Made by a program: the position numbers and the translations under genes
Assembly: GCA_934748015.1 (NCBI GenBank)
Contig: CAKVHF010000005.1
Span: forward strand, 21,707 to 85,706
Direction: 5' to 3'
DNA from: an uncultured Clostridia bacterium
GTDB taxonomy: Bacteria; Bacillota; Clostridia; Christensenellales; UBA1242
DNA: 64,000 nucleotides
Notes under the pieces: generated by a model
The model's input: only the letters and a program-made list of their open reading frames with translations
What the model was told of the DNA's origin: nothing
The model's database searches: none
Shown: one piece after another, positions 35,538 through 44,876 of the stretch
How positions within the stretch are numbered: position 1 is the stretch's first letter
How the letters are laid out: each line of letters opens with the position of its first letter

Positions 35538-35711
35538 AGTTGTCGGCGAGCGACACGAAGTGGCATTTGCCGGCAACTGATGTTTATTCAATCTATGTGA
35601 CCACAATTTATTGTGGACTTTGCGTTTAGCAAATTGGTTTGCGAATGCAATGAACAAATCAACATCACATAGATTGTGTCCCACCGCATAATATCCACCA
35701 CCTCTCCACAC
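35538..35711 (+). promoter_or_regulatory. candidate structured RNA (leader of the M20 peptidase gene or independent RNA), family not recognised
   Basis: Locally GC-rich. 10-bp hairpin at 35538-35578. 12-bp perfect outer stem (35589-35600 / 35665-35676) encloses two hairpins (35601-35616 and 35621-35649). A C-rich unpaired tail follows at 35677-35711. Two G-U pairs exist only on the plus strand. Confidence 0.35.
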
Positions 35712-35763
35712 AATAATAGTAGTCAAATATATAAAATAAAAAAACAAAAGGAAATATTAAAAA

Positions 35764-36831
35764 ATGAAACTAACCGAATTATTAACCAAACTAATAAGTT
35801 ATAAGACAGTCAGTGGCAATCACACCGAGGTCAAAAAGGCATTTGATTTTATCAAAAAATATCTTGGCAAAGACTTTTACTTCAAAGATTTCTGTTTCAA
35901 TGGTTTCTACTCCCTACTTATTAGCAACACCAAAGAGTTAAACAACTTCGATGTTGTATTCAATGGTCACATTGATGTTGTGTCAGCCGATGACAAAGAT
36001 TTTGTCACAAAAACGGATAATGACAAGATGTATGGCAGAGGCACTATAGATATGAAAGGGCAAATCGCTTGCATATTGCATATCTTAAAGAACACTACCC
36101 TAGACAAGCATGTGGGTGTTGTAATCACTTCGGACGAAGAATTGGGTGGTCACAATGGTGCAGAAAAGATTGTGCAAGAATATCCAATCAAAGCAAAACT
36201 AGTGATCGTTCCCGATGCTGGCGAAAACTTTACATTTGTAGACAGCGAAAAAGCATTGTTGCAACTGGACATTGTTGCAACTGGATTATCTGCCCATGCC
36301 AGCACACCCGATGAGGGACGAAATGCGGTCCTTGAATGCATAGACATATACTCAGACCTTTGCAAACAATATGAACTAGATATATATAGTCCTGTCAACG
36401 ATAATATATCTATCAACCTCTCTATCCTAAATAGTGGAGATCTATACAACAAAGTCCCTGCTCTAGCCAACATGTCACTAGACATAAGATATAGCGGGAT
36501 CAAACGAAAAGACCTAGAGCGAAATATAGACAATATATGCAAAAAACATAATGCCATATATAACATTCACAACGCAGTTAACGAATTCAAGTGCGATCTA
36601 AAAAATAGCGAGGTTGTAAAATTTATTAAATCATGCGAAAAGACGCTGGGTAGAAAACTGGAACACATCAAAGTAAATGGTGCTAGCGACATTGGATATT
36701 TTGCAAGCCTCAATATCCCTTGCGTATCTATCAACCCAGAAGGATACAATCTGCATAGCGAAAACGAACACATCATTCTATCCTCGCTAGACAAATTCCA
36801 GCAAATGCTAATTGAATATCTGATTGGATAA
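35764..36831 (+). CDS. M20-family metallopeptidase (ArgE/DapE-like)
   Basis: Pattern ..FNGHIDVV..., GRGTIDMKG and SDEELGG is typical of M20 metal ligands and catalytic residues. Confidence 0.8.
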   Translation: MKLTELLTKLISYKTVSGNHTEVKKAFDFIKKYLGKDFYFKDFCFNGFYSLLISNTKELNNFDVVFNGHIDVVSADDKDFVTKTDNDKMYGRGTIDMKGQIACILHILKNTTLDKHVGVVITSDEELGGHNGAEKIVQEYPIKAKLVIVPDAGENFTFVDSEKALLQLDIVATGLSAHASTPDEGRNAVLECIDIYSDLCKQYELDIYSPVNDNISINLSILNSGDLYNKVPALANMSLDIRYSGIKRKDLERNIDNICKKHNAIYNIHNAVNEFKCDLKNSEVVKFIKSCEKTLGRKLEHIKVNGASDIGYFASLNIPCVSINPEGYNLHSENEHIILSSLDKFQQMLIEYLIG

Positions 36832-36990
36832 TATTCAATAATCAAATCGAAATTTTTTAAAAGTCATTGCAAGTAAAAGCAATGATCTTTTTTGCTTAAA
36901 CATTTTTCACAAAGGGAGAGGGAAAAGCAATATTATGTAGTAATATATTTTGACACAATATGCCATACTAGGTGTATAAAGGAAAAGTGT

Positions 36991-37887
36991 ATGCAAAATA
37001 TTATTATATATAATCGGCTTAGTGGCAAAGGCTTAAGCCAAAGGAAATATGATCAAGTAATAAGTATACTAAAAAGACAATATGACAATGTCTCAATATA
37101 TGAAACTAGCAAAACTGGTGATGCCTATAGATATGTCAAAGATGCATCTCGTGGATTAAAAAATCTAATTATTTTGGGCGGTGACGGAACAATCAATGAT
37201 TGTATAAGAGCAATCGCAGAAAGTAGGTGCAACCCTAACATATTGATCGTGCCAGTTGGAACAATGAATGATGTATCACGCAACTTACACCTATCACGCA
37301 ACCCTATCAAAAATCTAACTACTAAATACCCTGCAGACTATGTCAAGCATAGTATATTAAAAGTTAACAACACCTACGCAGTATACGGCATAGCTATGGG
37401 CAGATACAGTAGCACCAGTTACAACACATCACGAAAATATAAGAAGATATTTGGCAAGTTGGCATACTTTATCTCAGCAAGCAAAGATCTACTGCACTAT
37501 CCACCTATACATATGCGAATAACCGCAGATGGCAAAACATACAATGGCAAATTTGCTCTGGCACTGGTCACCACTAGTGACTACATTGCGGGCTTCAGGA
37601 TAGACAACAAAAACTTTGTATCAAATAAAGCAAAATTAGTGCTTATAAAAGAACTGGACAATAAACCAAATGGGTCATTGCAATCAAGCCTAGCAATAGT
37701 AAAAATGTTTGTATCTGGATTAGATAAATTTGCTAACCACAAACTTGCAACAATTATCGAATTTGACAAAATACATATAGATTTTGACAAAAATATGGAT
37801 ATAGTAATAGACGGAGAAAAGTTTTGCGACAATAAGCTAGATATTACAGTTATCCCACATCGCACTACTTTTCATAGCAGACAATAA
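36991..37887 (+). CDS. diacylglycerol-kinase-family lipid kinase (YegS/DagK type)
   Basis: IIYNRLSGKG..., ILGGDGTINDCI and VPVGTMNDVSR motifs. Start set to ATG 36991. Confidence 0.8.
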   Translation: MQNIIIYNRLSGKGLSQRKYDQVISILKRQYDNVSIYETSKTGDAYRYVKDASRGLKNLIILGGDGTINDCIRAIAESRCNPNILIVPVGTMNDVSRNLHLSRNPIKNLTTKYPADYVKHSILKVNNTYAVYGIAMGRYSSTSYNTSRKYKKIFGKLAYFISASKDLLHYPPIHMRITADGKTYNGKFALALVTTSDYIAGFRIDNKNFVSNKAKLVLIKELDNKPNGSLQSSLAIVKMFVSGLDKFANHKLATIIEFDKIHIDFDKNMDIVIDGEKFCDNKLDITVIPHRTTFHSRQ

Positions 37888-37942
37888 AAAAATATATCAA
37901 TTAGCTTATAATACTTACGCTATACATTGATATATTTTTTTT
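37886..37942. terminator. hairpin terminator with a 24-nt loop
   Basis: ATATATCAAT / ATTGATATAT arms flanked by A- and T-runs. Confidence 0.5.
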
Positions 37943-38047
37943 GTTTTATATTGCAATTTAGCAATATATATTTTAGGATAATTATATTAAAAATTTTATT
38001 AATAGCATCTATCCAATTATTGTTGTATTGATATATAATTATTCCTT

Positions 38048-39463
38048 TTACTTCTGACCAACAATGTGGATCTTAATGATATCGGTGCTAGTTGGTTTAC
38101 GAGTACCTGTACCGATCAGAACCATCTCACCTTTCTTAGCATATTTCTTAGCCTGAACAATGTCGTCTATCTCTACAATAAGCTTATCTGCTGTCTTGAT
38201 ATCCTTAACTAATACTGGATACACACCCCATACAGAACTTAGGTTATAATATGTGTTCTTGTCTGGTGTCAAAGCAACGATTGGGCAACTAGGGAAATGC
38301 TTACTTATCATCATTGCAGTGTGACCAGATTGTGTATATACGGCAACTGCCTTTAGCTCTTTGATCTTAAATGCTAACTTAGCAACTGTACGAGAAATAA
38401 TGTTAGACAATGTCTGATCTGTCTGCTCTTCTTCCTCAAATAGCAACTTGTAATCAACATACTTCTCAGTCTCTTCACATATCTTAGCCATAACCTTGAT
38501 AGCCTCTACTGGGAACTTGCCCATAGCACTCTCACCAGATAACATAACTGCACTGCTACCATCAAATACTGCATTGGCAACGTCACTAGTTTCAGCCCTG
38601 GTTGGTCTAGGGGAATTAATCATACTCTCTAGCATTTCGGTTGCAGTAATAACTATCTTGTTGGCATTGATACACTTATGGATTATCATCTTCTGTAGAT
38701 GAGGTATGCTCTGGAATGGCAACTCCACTCCTAGGTCACCTCTAGCAACCATTATGCCATCGCTAGCCTCAATAATCTCATCTATATTGCTGATGCCTAG
38801 ACTACTCTCTATCTTACTGATTATCTTGATATCTCCGCCGTTGTCTTTGATAAACTTACGCACCATTTCGATATCTTTAGCACTATTAACGAAACTGCAA
38901 GCGATGTACTCTACACCTTCTTTGATTGCATTAACAATATCCGCTTTATCTTCATCATTTAGATAAGAGAAATTGAATATTTTGCCCGGGAATGACAAAC
39001 TCTTGTGATTAGAAATCTCACCACCATTGATTACCTTCATCTTAACACCATTAGGCAAAATCTCTGTTACCTCAAAAGTTATAAGTGCATTGCAAGCAAG
39101 AACCTTATCTCCAACATTAAGTAGTGATATAGAATTAGGATGATTGATTGTGGCTCTGGTGTGATCGCCTAGTATATTATCTGTCACAAGCGAAAAATAT
39201 TGTCCCTCCACCAACTGTGCCTTGCCGTCCACAAAGTTACCTATCCTCAGTTCTGGACCACGAGTATCTATCATGATACCCACACTAGTGTTCATATCCT
39301 TACGGATCTTCTTGATCTTGTCTATCTTCTCCTTATGCTCAGCCCATACACCATGGCTAAGATTGATACGTGCAACATTCATGCCTGCTTGCACCATCTC
39401 GCATAATGTTACATAACTGGAACTAGCTGGGCCTAAAGTTGCTACTATTTTAGTTTGCTTCAT
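38048..39463 (-). CDS. pyk: pyruvate kinase
   Basis: MKQTKIVATLGPAS..., NVARINLSHG, MVARGDLGVE. 471 aa with no PEP-utilising C-terminal extension. Confidence 0.95.
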   Translation of the reverse strand: MKQTKIVATLGPASSSYVTLCEMVQAGMNVARINLSHGVWAEHKEKIDKIKKIRKDMNTSVGIMIDTRGPELRIGNFVDGKAQLVEGQYFSLVTDNILGDHTRATINHPNSISLLNVGDKVLACNALITFEVTEILPNGVKMKVINGGEISNHKSLSFPGKIFNFSYLNDEDKADIVNAIKEGVEYIACSFVNSAKDIEMVRKFIKDNGGDIKIISKIESSLGISNIDEIIEASDGIMVARGDLGVELPFQSIPHLQKMIIHKCINANKIVITATEMLESMINSPRPTRAETSDVANAVFDGSSAVMLSGESAMGKFPVEAIKVMAKICEETEKYVDYKLLFEEEEQTDQTLSNIISRTVAKLAFKIKELKAVAVYTQSGHTAMMISKHFPSCPIVALTPDKNTYYNLSSVWGVYPVLVKDIKTADKLIVEIDDIVQAKKYAKKGEMVLIGTGTRKPTSTDIIKIHIVGQK

Positions 39464-39624
39464 ATATTTTCCCCTCTATTTAAGATTTCTTTGCAATATT
39501 GTTAGGCACAATCGGACTGATATATTTTCTCGATCTAATATATGCCTAAGCAACATACTTTTTCAACTTATATTTTATAACAAATTAGCTAATTTGCAAA
39601 ATATTTTTTTGTATACTAATATTT

Positions 39625-39682
39625 TTATAAAAAAAGATATGTATATATTATCCACAATCTGTTAGATAATGTATACATATCT
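39625..39682 (-). terminator. strong terminator after the serine-hydrolase gene
   Basis: 18-bp near-perfect inverted repeat (AGATATGTATATATTATC / GATAATGTATACATATCT) followed by a U-run on the minus strand. Confidence 0.7.
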
Positions 39683-39707
39683 AAATAATAAATTATTTCA
39701 AAATGTA

Positions 39708-41132
39708 TTACTCACCCATTTCGGCAGTAGTATCAGCCTCGGCAGTGTTAGACGCAACTGCTTCCTTGTAATTGCCTAGTTCGGTCAATGCACCATTTAG
39801 CGCACCACCTATCTGCTTAAACGCCCTCTCGTTGCCTGAGTTGCTGGCTTGGGTCATAATAGATACAATATAATTGCCGTGAGGTGTATATACAACGCCA
39901 CTATCATTGTAAGACTTAGGGTTAAAACCTGACTTGTGTGAACAGTCGTAAGGAAATGCATTTTCCAAGAAATTGTATTTTGCAGTCAACAACTCGTAGT
40001 TAAGTATAGCACATGCACTATACCTGCTTTCGTCTATAGCCTCACCATTATTTGCCTTGTGATACATCTCTTCGCCCTCTAGTCTATCGCTATTGTATAT
40101 CTCTTGCCATACTAGGTTAAGATCTTGGGCACTCATATATCCCCACTTAGCCCATTTGCCTATCTGATTAGTGCAACCCAATTCCGACACCATCTCATCA
40201 TACTTCTCCTTAGTAACCAAGTCTTGCAACATATAATATCCAATGTTATCACTAATGTGAATAGTACGATGTACAACTTCTCGCAATGTATATTTTGTTC
40301 CAACTGGATCGTATTGGATAGAACCCGATCCGCCACAACTTTGGCTAGCCTTGTACTCCAACTCCATATCCATATCTAGTAGTCCCGCATCAACCATCTT
40401 GCATGCAAGCAATGCCATTCCAGCCTTGATAGCACTGGCAGGGAATATCTTATCTTGTGCATTGTAAGATATTGTAGTCATAGTTTCTGGATCGGTGATA
40501 TAGAAACTAACTGGCTTATTAACACCCTTGATTGTTTTCATAATATTATCGATTGTATCTTGGCTAAGAGTAAATCCATTATCGCTATTAACCATTATTT
40601 TGTTACGCTCTATGACATCATCACTAGTGTTTTTGCCAACTGTTAGGAACATATTGTCAGGAGTTATACCTTTGCTCTCCTCTATAGGCTCACTAGGTTC
40701 AACAATTTGCGATGGTTCACTAGGTTCAACCACTGGTGGTTCTGTGATACTAGGTGTTGTCTCAGATGGGGTGCTAGGCTCTACAGTCCCCTGAGGATTG
40801 TTCTGTTCCTCTCTTTCTAACTCTTGTTGTGCCTTCAATCTCTCTTCTCTAATATGATTGATTACTTCCATAATTCTGTCATAACTGGTCTTAAAAGCAC
40901 GACCCTCGATATAGTCAAAAGGTCTAAGATCGGGTGATGCTATTGTCTTAGGTTCTTCCACCCTAGTTGCAGGCTCATCAAACATTATAACACCACTGGT
41001 GCTTGCATCCGTAACACCTACATTGTGCATATTTACATACTCGCTATTATTAACCGACTGATTGGCAACCAATCCACCCAACAATCCTAGCGCAACCATT
41101 GTGGTTGCAATTGCTTTCTTACTGTTTTTCAT
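39708..41132 (-). CDS. secreted class-A beta-lactamase / PBP-like serine hydrolase with Pro/Glu-rich linker
   Basis: Signal/anchor MKNSKKAIATTMVALGLLGG; linker EPSTPSETTPSITEPPVVEPSEPSQIVEPSEPIEE. All three motifs are present: SAIK (SxxK), SDN and KSG. Start set to ATG 41132. Confidence 0.75.
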   Translation of the reverse strand: MKNSKKAIATTMVALGLLGGLVANQSVNNSEYVNMHNVGVTDASTSGVIMFDEPATRVEEPKTIASPDLRPFDYIEGRAFKTSYDRIMEVINHIREERLKAQQELEREEQNNPQGTVEPSTPSETTPSITEPPVVEPSEPSQIVEPSEPIEESKGITPDNMFLTVGKNTSDDVIERNKIMVNSDNGFTLSQDTIDNIMKTIKGVNKPVSFYITDPETMTTISYNAQDKIFPASAIKAGMALLACKMVDAGLLDMDMELEYKASQSCGGSGSIQYDPVGTKYTLREVVHRTIHISDNIGYYMLQDLVTKEKYDEMVSELGCTNQIGKWAKWGYMSAQDLNLVWQEIYNSDRLEGEEMYHKANNGEAIDESRYSACAILNYELLTAKYNFLENAFPYDCSHKSGFNPKSYNDSGVVYTPHGNYIVSIMTQASNSGNERAFKQIGGALNGALTELGNYKEAVASNTAEADTTAEMGE

Positions 41133-41286
41133 AATCCACATACCTCCCCATAAATAATTTTTTAGCACACAATATTTATTATATATATTTTACTATAACA
41201 TATCACCAATAGTCAATACCCAACCTTGCGACCATGTATAGCAACAAAAAAGCCATCAAATAATATATTCGATGGCTTAAACATTA

Positions 41287-42417
41287 TTACATTTCGTTCT
41301 CGTTGTCGTCATATGGATAATCGTCATCCATATCATCATCCACATCATCTGGATAATTAGTTATTTGACTAGGATCTACACCCACTGCGATCTTAAGTCC
41401 CGACTCGACTATTTTCTTATTCAACAATGCTATTTCTTCTAGCATATCTGCTTTGACTTCCGGTGCAATATCTGCAATGCCGACAATCTTGCCAGTTTCA
41501 TCAATATCGTACACTTCAGGGACTGGGTGCAAAATATCGTAATGCACATGTTTGCCCTCACTAAAATATTTGACATTAAGATCTTGAACATAACTGGTTA
41601 CAATTGGTGTATTGTTGTCCTTATTTTCCTTTACTGTACTGACAACAGTACTATCATAAGGTACGTGCAGTGGAGTGTTGCTAATTATGCTATTCCTAGT
41701 AACCCATATCTCACTAGTTACACTATTTAGTCCCATACTGCTACACAATTGATTACCATTACTAGCCCCAATGGTCGTAGGTACATGCTCGTATTGATCC
41801 ACTGCATAAGTGCTAAAGGACAAATTCTTGTACATTATGTCTTCTATTATCTTATATCCGTCATCTAGGTTGGATACAAAACTAAGCGGATCTTCTTCAA
41901 AATGATGTTCTTGATTAAGCACAATTGGATTTTCTTTTGCCAATTCTGCGTGTTGATCCAAGAACTCATTAAAAGACTTCTTGTCTCCAACCTTGCTCAT
42001 ATATTCCGCCATCAACTCCAGTCTAGTAGGTGCAGGGATATATGAACCAGTAGAGGTCGTACTCCATACAACATTCTTGTTAGTCTCTTCGTCTAGTCTA
42101 AAGCCTGCTTGATTGCCAAAACTGGTTGCAAATTTCATACCCTCTACTATAGCAGTATCACTCGCCTTGTCATATCCTCCGACACAACCAAACTTAGGGG
42201 TATCTTCGATATAATCCTTCTCTGTTGGATAAATAGAATATCTCAAACCACCATTGCCATCATCTCGCAATCTAAGTTCCGCAGTGTGCATATTTTCATT
42301 TATTTTAAGCAATACATAATTGACTTGAGCCTCTTTGTCATATCCGACAGTACCCATGATCATGCCGTTATTTATTAGTTTCTTATATAGTGCCATATTA
42401 TTCTTTAGGTCTTCCAT
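41287..42417 (-). CDS. hypothetical cytoplasmic protein with poly-acidic C-terminal tail
   Basis: 376 aa with no TM or signal peptide and no motif I recognise. It ends ...NYPDDVDDDMDDDYPYDDNENEM. It has its own TTGAAA-N18-TACAAT promoter-like sequence and an AAAGGTGAAAG SD. Confidence 0.6.
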   Translation of the reverse strand: MEDLKNNMALYKKLINNGMIMGTVGYDKEAQVNYVLLKINENMHTAELRLRDDGNGGLRYSIYPTEKDYIEDTPKFGCVGGYDKASDTAIVEGMKFATSFGNQAGFRLDEETNKNVVWSTTSTGSYIPAPTRLELMAEYMSKVGDKKSFNEFLDQHAELAKENPIVLNQEHHFEEDPLSFVSNLDDGYKIIEDIMYKNLSFSTYAVDQYEHVPTTIGASNGNQLCSSMGLNSVTSEIWVTRNSIISNTPLHVPYDSTVVSTVKENKDNNTPIVTSYVQDLNVKYFSEGKHVHYDILHPVPEVYDIDETGKIVGIADIAPEVKADMLEEIALLNKKIVESGLKIAVGVDPSQITNYPDDVDDDMDDDYPYDDNENEM

Positions 42418-42537
42418 AGTGTACTTTCACCTTTTTGTTTTTTGCAATATCTAAGTACATTGTATCACAAAGGCACACTCACTTTCAATACCCATTTTGC
42501 AAAAATAATACACTTACTTTACATCGCCCCAATTAAC

Positions 42538-42572
42538 AAAAAAATGCAGACTATACAATCTGCAAATTTTTT
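42538..42572. terminator. hairpin terminator after paralogue 4
   Basis: TGCAGA / TCTGCA stem flanked by A7 and T6 runs. Confidence 0.5.
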
Positions 42573-42639
42573 ATTTATTTTGTTATAATATACATATAAC
42601 CTTATCTTAACAATTTTAATATTTTATCGCATTTATTAG

Positions 42640-44460
42640 TTATGCTCTGTTCCAGTACTTTGTTTTGTGTGTGGTTTTTAACAATGTCGCATTAGCAACA
42701 AAATCAGAATCAGATATTGTTACCGCTGTGCCTGTAGTTGCTGTACTAGAAGTGGTAACAGTCCAACCAGTTAAAACTCCAAATTTGGCACTAACCAATT
42801 TAGAACAATTATAAAAAGCATACGCTCCTATTTTTTTAACTCCGCTACCAATTGTAACACTGGTCATCTTGGTACAATTTCTAAAAGCTGAACCATTTAT
42901 ATTAATTACATTATTGGGAATTACTATACTAGTTAATCCAGAACAATTGCTAAAGGCAGAACTACCTATATCAGTAACACCATTTCCTATTGAAACACTA
43001 TTCAAATTGCTACAATCATTGAAAGCTGTATCACCAATACTTACTACACCATCACCTATTATTACACTCTTAGAGACACTAGAACTATAATAAAAGGCAC
43101 TTTCAAACGCACTTTTACCTATAATTGTTGCACCACCACCTATTATTGTTGCACTATCCAATCTATAACAATTTGCAAAAGCCGATTTTCCTATACTGAC
43201 TACATTAGCTGGAATAATTACATTTTTTAGCATTTCGCAATTCGAAAAAGCTTGATCACCTATGTTAGTTACTCCATTGCCTATTGTTATAGTTTCAACT
43301 TTAGTACAACTATTAAAAGCTTCACTACCTATAGTAATAACACTATCTGGGATTGTTATGTCTACCAAATTAGTACACGACGAGAAAGCTAAATTATCTA
43401 TAGTTTTTACTCCATTGCCTATTGTTAAACTAGTTAAGCCATCGCACTGATTAAATGCATAAGAACCTATAGTGATCACACTATCCGGAATTGTTACACT
43501 AGTCAAACCATAACACTTAAAGAATGCATGTGAACCTATACTAGTTACTTTATTACCAATTCTCCATGTCTGCAATTTTTCACATTCTCTAAACGCCTCG
43601 TCTCCAATATTTGTTACATTATCACCAATTGTTAAATATGTTAATTTTTTACAATACATAAAGGCACTATTGCCTATACTGGTTACCCCATTGCCAATGT
43701 ATACATAAGACAAATTACTGCAATTCATAAAAGCATCATCACCTATAGTAGTTACACTGTCCGGTATTTTTATACTACTGAAATAACCGCTACTGCAACC
43801 ATAAAAGGCATTTACACCTATACTAGTTACACTATCTGGGATTGTTACATTACTTAAACTAGAACAATTAAAAAAAGCACGTTCTTCTATATCGGTTACA
43901 CAATTTGAAATTGTTACATTTGTCAAATCACTACAATTATTAAAACCCTGTATTGCTATGCTTGTTACTTTATGAGCACCATTTATTCCATCATCGTATA
44001 TATCAGCAATAATAGCACTAGTGATAGTCTTTCTTGCACATTTAACTGTATAACTACTCGTACTTTCTTGAAAGGTATATGTTAAATTACTTGTAGTTGC
44101 ATCTAAATATACAGGGTAAAATGCAACGTCTTCAGTTACAGTAAATGGGAAAACCGCCTCATTGGTTGCATTTGCGTCTGTATACCAACCCGTAAAACAC
44201 TTATTTAGTATTGTTGGAACTGGCAGTTTTTCTATAGCTTCACCATTTTTTATTTTCTTATAATCATTGAAATCACTAGCATTTGTACAATCTTCACTTA
44301 ATGAAAAAGTAACTATACTACTGCCACCATAATGAATATCTAGATCGGTCAGAACATACTGAGTGCCAGACACCATCACTATACCCAAAGTGGTTAATAC
44401 TAGCATCAATGTTACAATCAATATACACAATGTCAAAGATAATTTTCTTGTGTCATTCAT
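42640..44460 (-). CDS. membrane-anchored BspA-type LRR surface protein, paralogue 4 (lacks the long N-domain)
   Basis: TM anchor, CFTGWYTDANATNEAVFPFTVTEDVAFYPVY repeat, then about 18 units of ..V(T/I)..IG..AF..C..L..(V/I). Shared tail is GWTV...ANATLLKTTHKTKYWNRA. Confidence 0.8.
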   Translation of the reverse strand: MNDTRKLSLTLCILIVTLMLVLTTLGIVMVSGTQYVLTDLDIHYGGSSIVTFSLSEDCTNASDFNDYKKIKNGEAIEKLPVPTILNKCFTGWYTDANATNEAVFPFTVTEDVAFYPVYLDATTSNLTYTFQESTSSYTVKCARKTITSAIIADIYDDGINGAHKVTSIAIQGFNNCSDLTNVTISNCVTDIEERAFFNCSSLSNVTIPDSVTSIGVNAFYGCSSGYFSSIKIPDSVTTIGDDAFMNCSNLSYVYIGNGVTSIGNSAFMYCKKLTYLTIGDNVTNIGDEAFRECEKLQTWRIGNKVTSIGSHAFFKCYGLTSVTIPDSVITIGSYAFNQCDGLTSLTIGNGVKTIDNLAFSSCTNLVDITIPDSVITIGSEAFNSCTKVETITIGNGVTNIGDQAFSNCEMLKNVIIPANVVSIGKSAFANCYRLDSATIIGGGATIIGKSAFESAFYYSSSVSKSVIIGDGVVSIGDTAFNDCSNLNSVSIGNGVTDIGSSAFSNCSGLTSIVIPNNVININGSAFRNCTKMTSVTIGSGVKKIGAYAFYNCSKLVSAKFGVLTGWTVTTSSTATTGTAVTISDSDFVANATLLKTTHKTKYWNRA

Positions 44461-44829
44461 ACTATTTCTCTCTTTATATTTGGTCTAGATTATTGCAAGT
44501 TAACAAAGCGTCTTATTAATAAGAAAGCAAATTGTTAACTGTAAAATTCTCCACCCCTTATACACCCATATTGTAGCATATAATTATATTCTAAGCAAAA
44601 AATATAAAATAATTTTTGTAAAACATAAATAAGTATGAAATGTTGGATATAACACTTAAGAAAAATAAATTATTATGTGCCACAGCCACTAGTTATGTGA
44701 CTTGTCTTAAAGATTATTGCAGTATTAGGCAATATACACATACACTAGTGTGACACTTAAGATATACTGCCTAGGTTTTAATTTCGTTATTTGTTTATGA
44801 CCGCAAATGCACAAAATTTGCGATTTTAC

Positions 44830-44864
44830 AAAAAAATTGCAGGAATATACTTTTGTCCTGCAAA
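44830..44864 (-). terminator. intrinsic terminator of pfkA
   Basis: TTGCAGGA / TCCTGCAA stem followed by U7 on the minus strand. Confidence 0.75.
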
Positions 44865-44876
44865 TTTTTACTATAT

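Noticed and set aside
35620-35650. GCAAACC ... ACGCAAAGUCC on the minus strand resembles the c-di-GMP-I (GEMM-I) core
   Set aside because: The tetraloop hairpin that must separate these two elements is missing; only about 10 nt lies between them. No gene lies downstream on that strand, and the helices favour the plus strand.
35484-35747. 87-aa minus-strand ORF between spoVG and the M20 peptidase gene
   Set aside because: It has a TTG start without an SD and an implausible sequence. The region is better explained by a plus-strand RNA structure, because its G-U pairs exist only on that strand.
35538-35760. T-box, L-box or other known amino-acid riboswitch upstream of the M20 peptidase
   Set aside because: The plus strand has no T-box sequence (GGGUGGUACCGCG-like), no specifier-loop/AGAGA features, no AGAGGNGC L-box start and no terminator/antiterminator pair before the gene.
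39650-39658. Perfect DnaA-box-like TTATCCACA
   Set aside because: It is a single copy inside a terminator loop with no cluster, no AT-rich unwinding element context and no dnaA/dnaN nearby. It is probably chance in AT-rich DNA.
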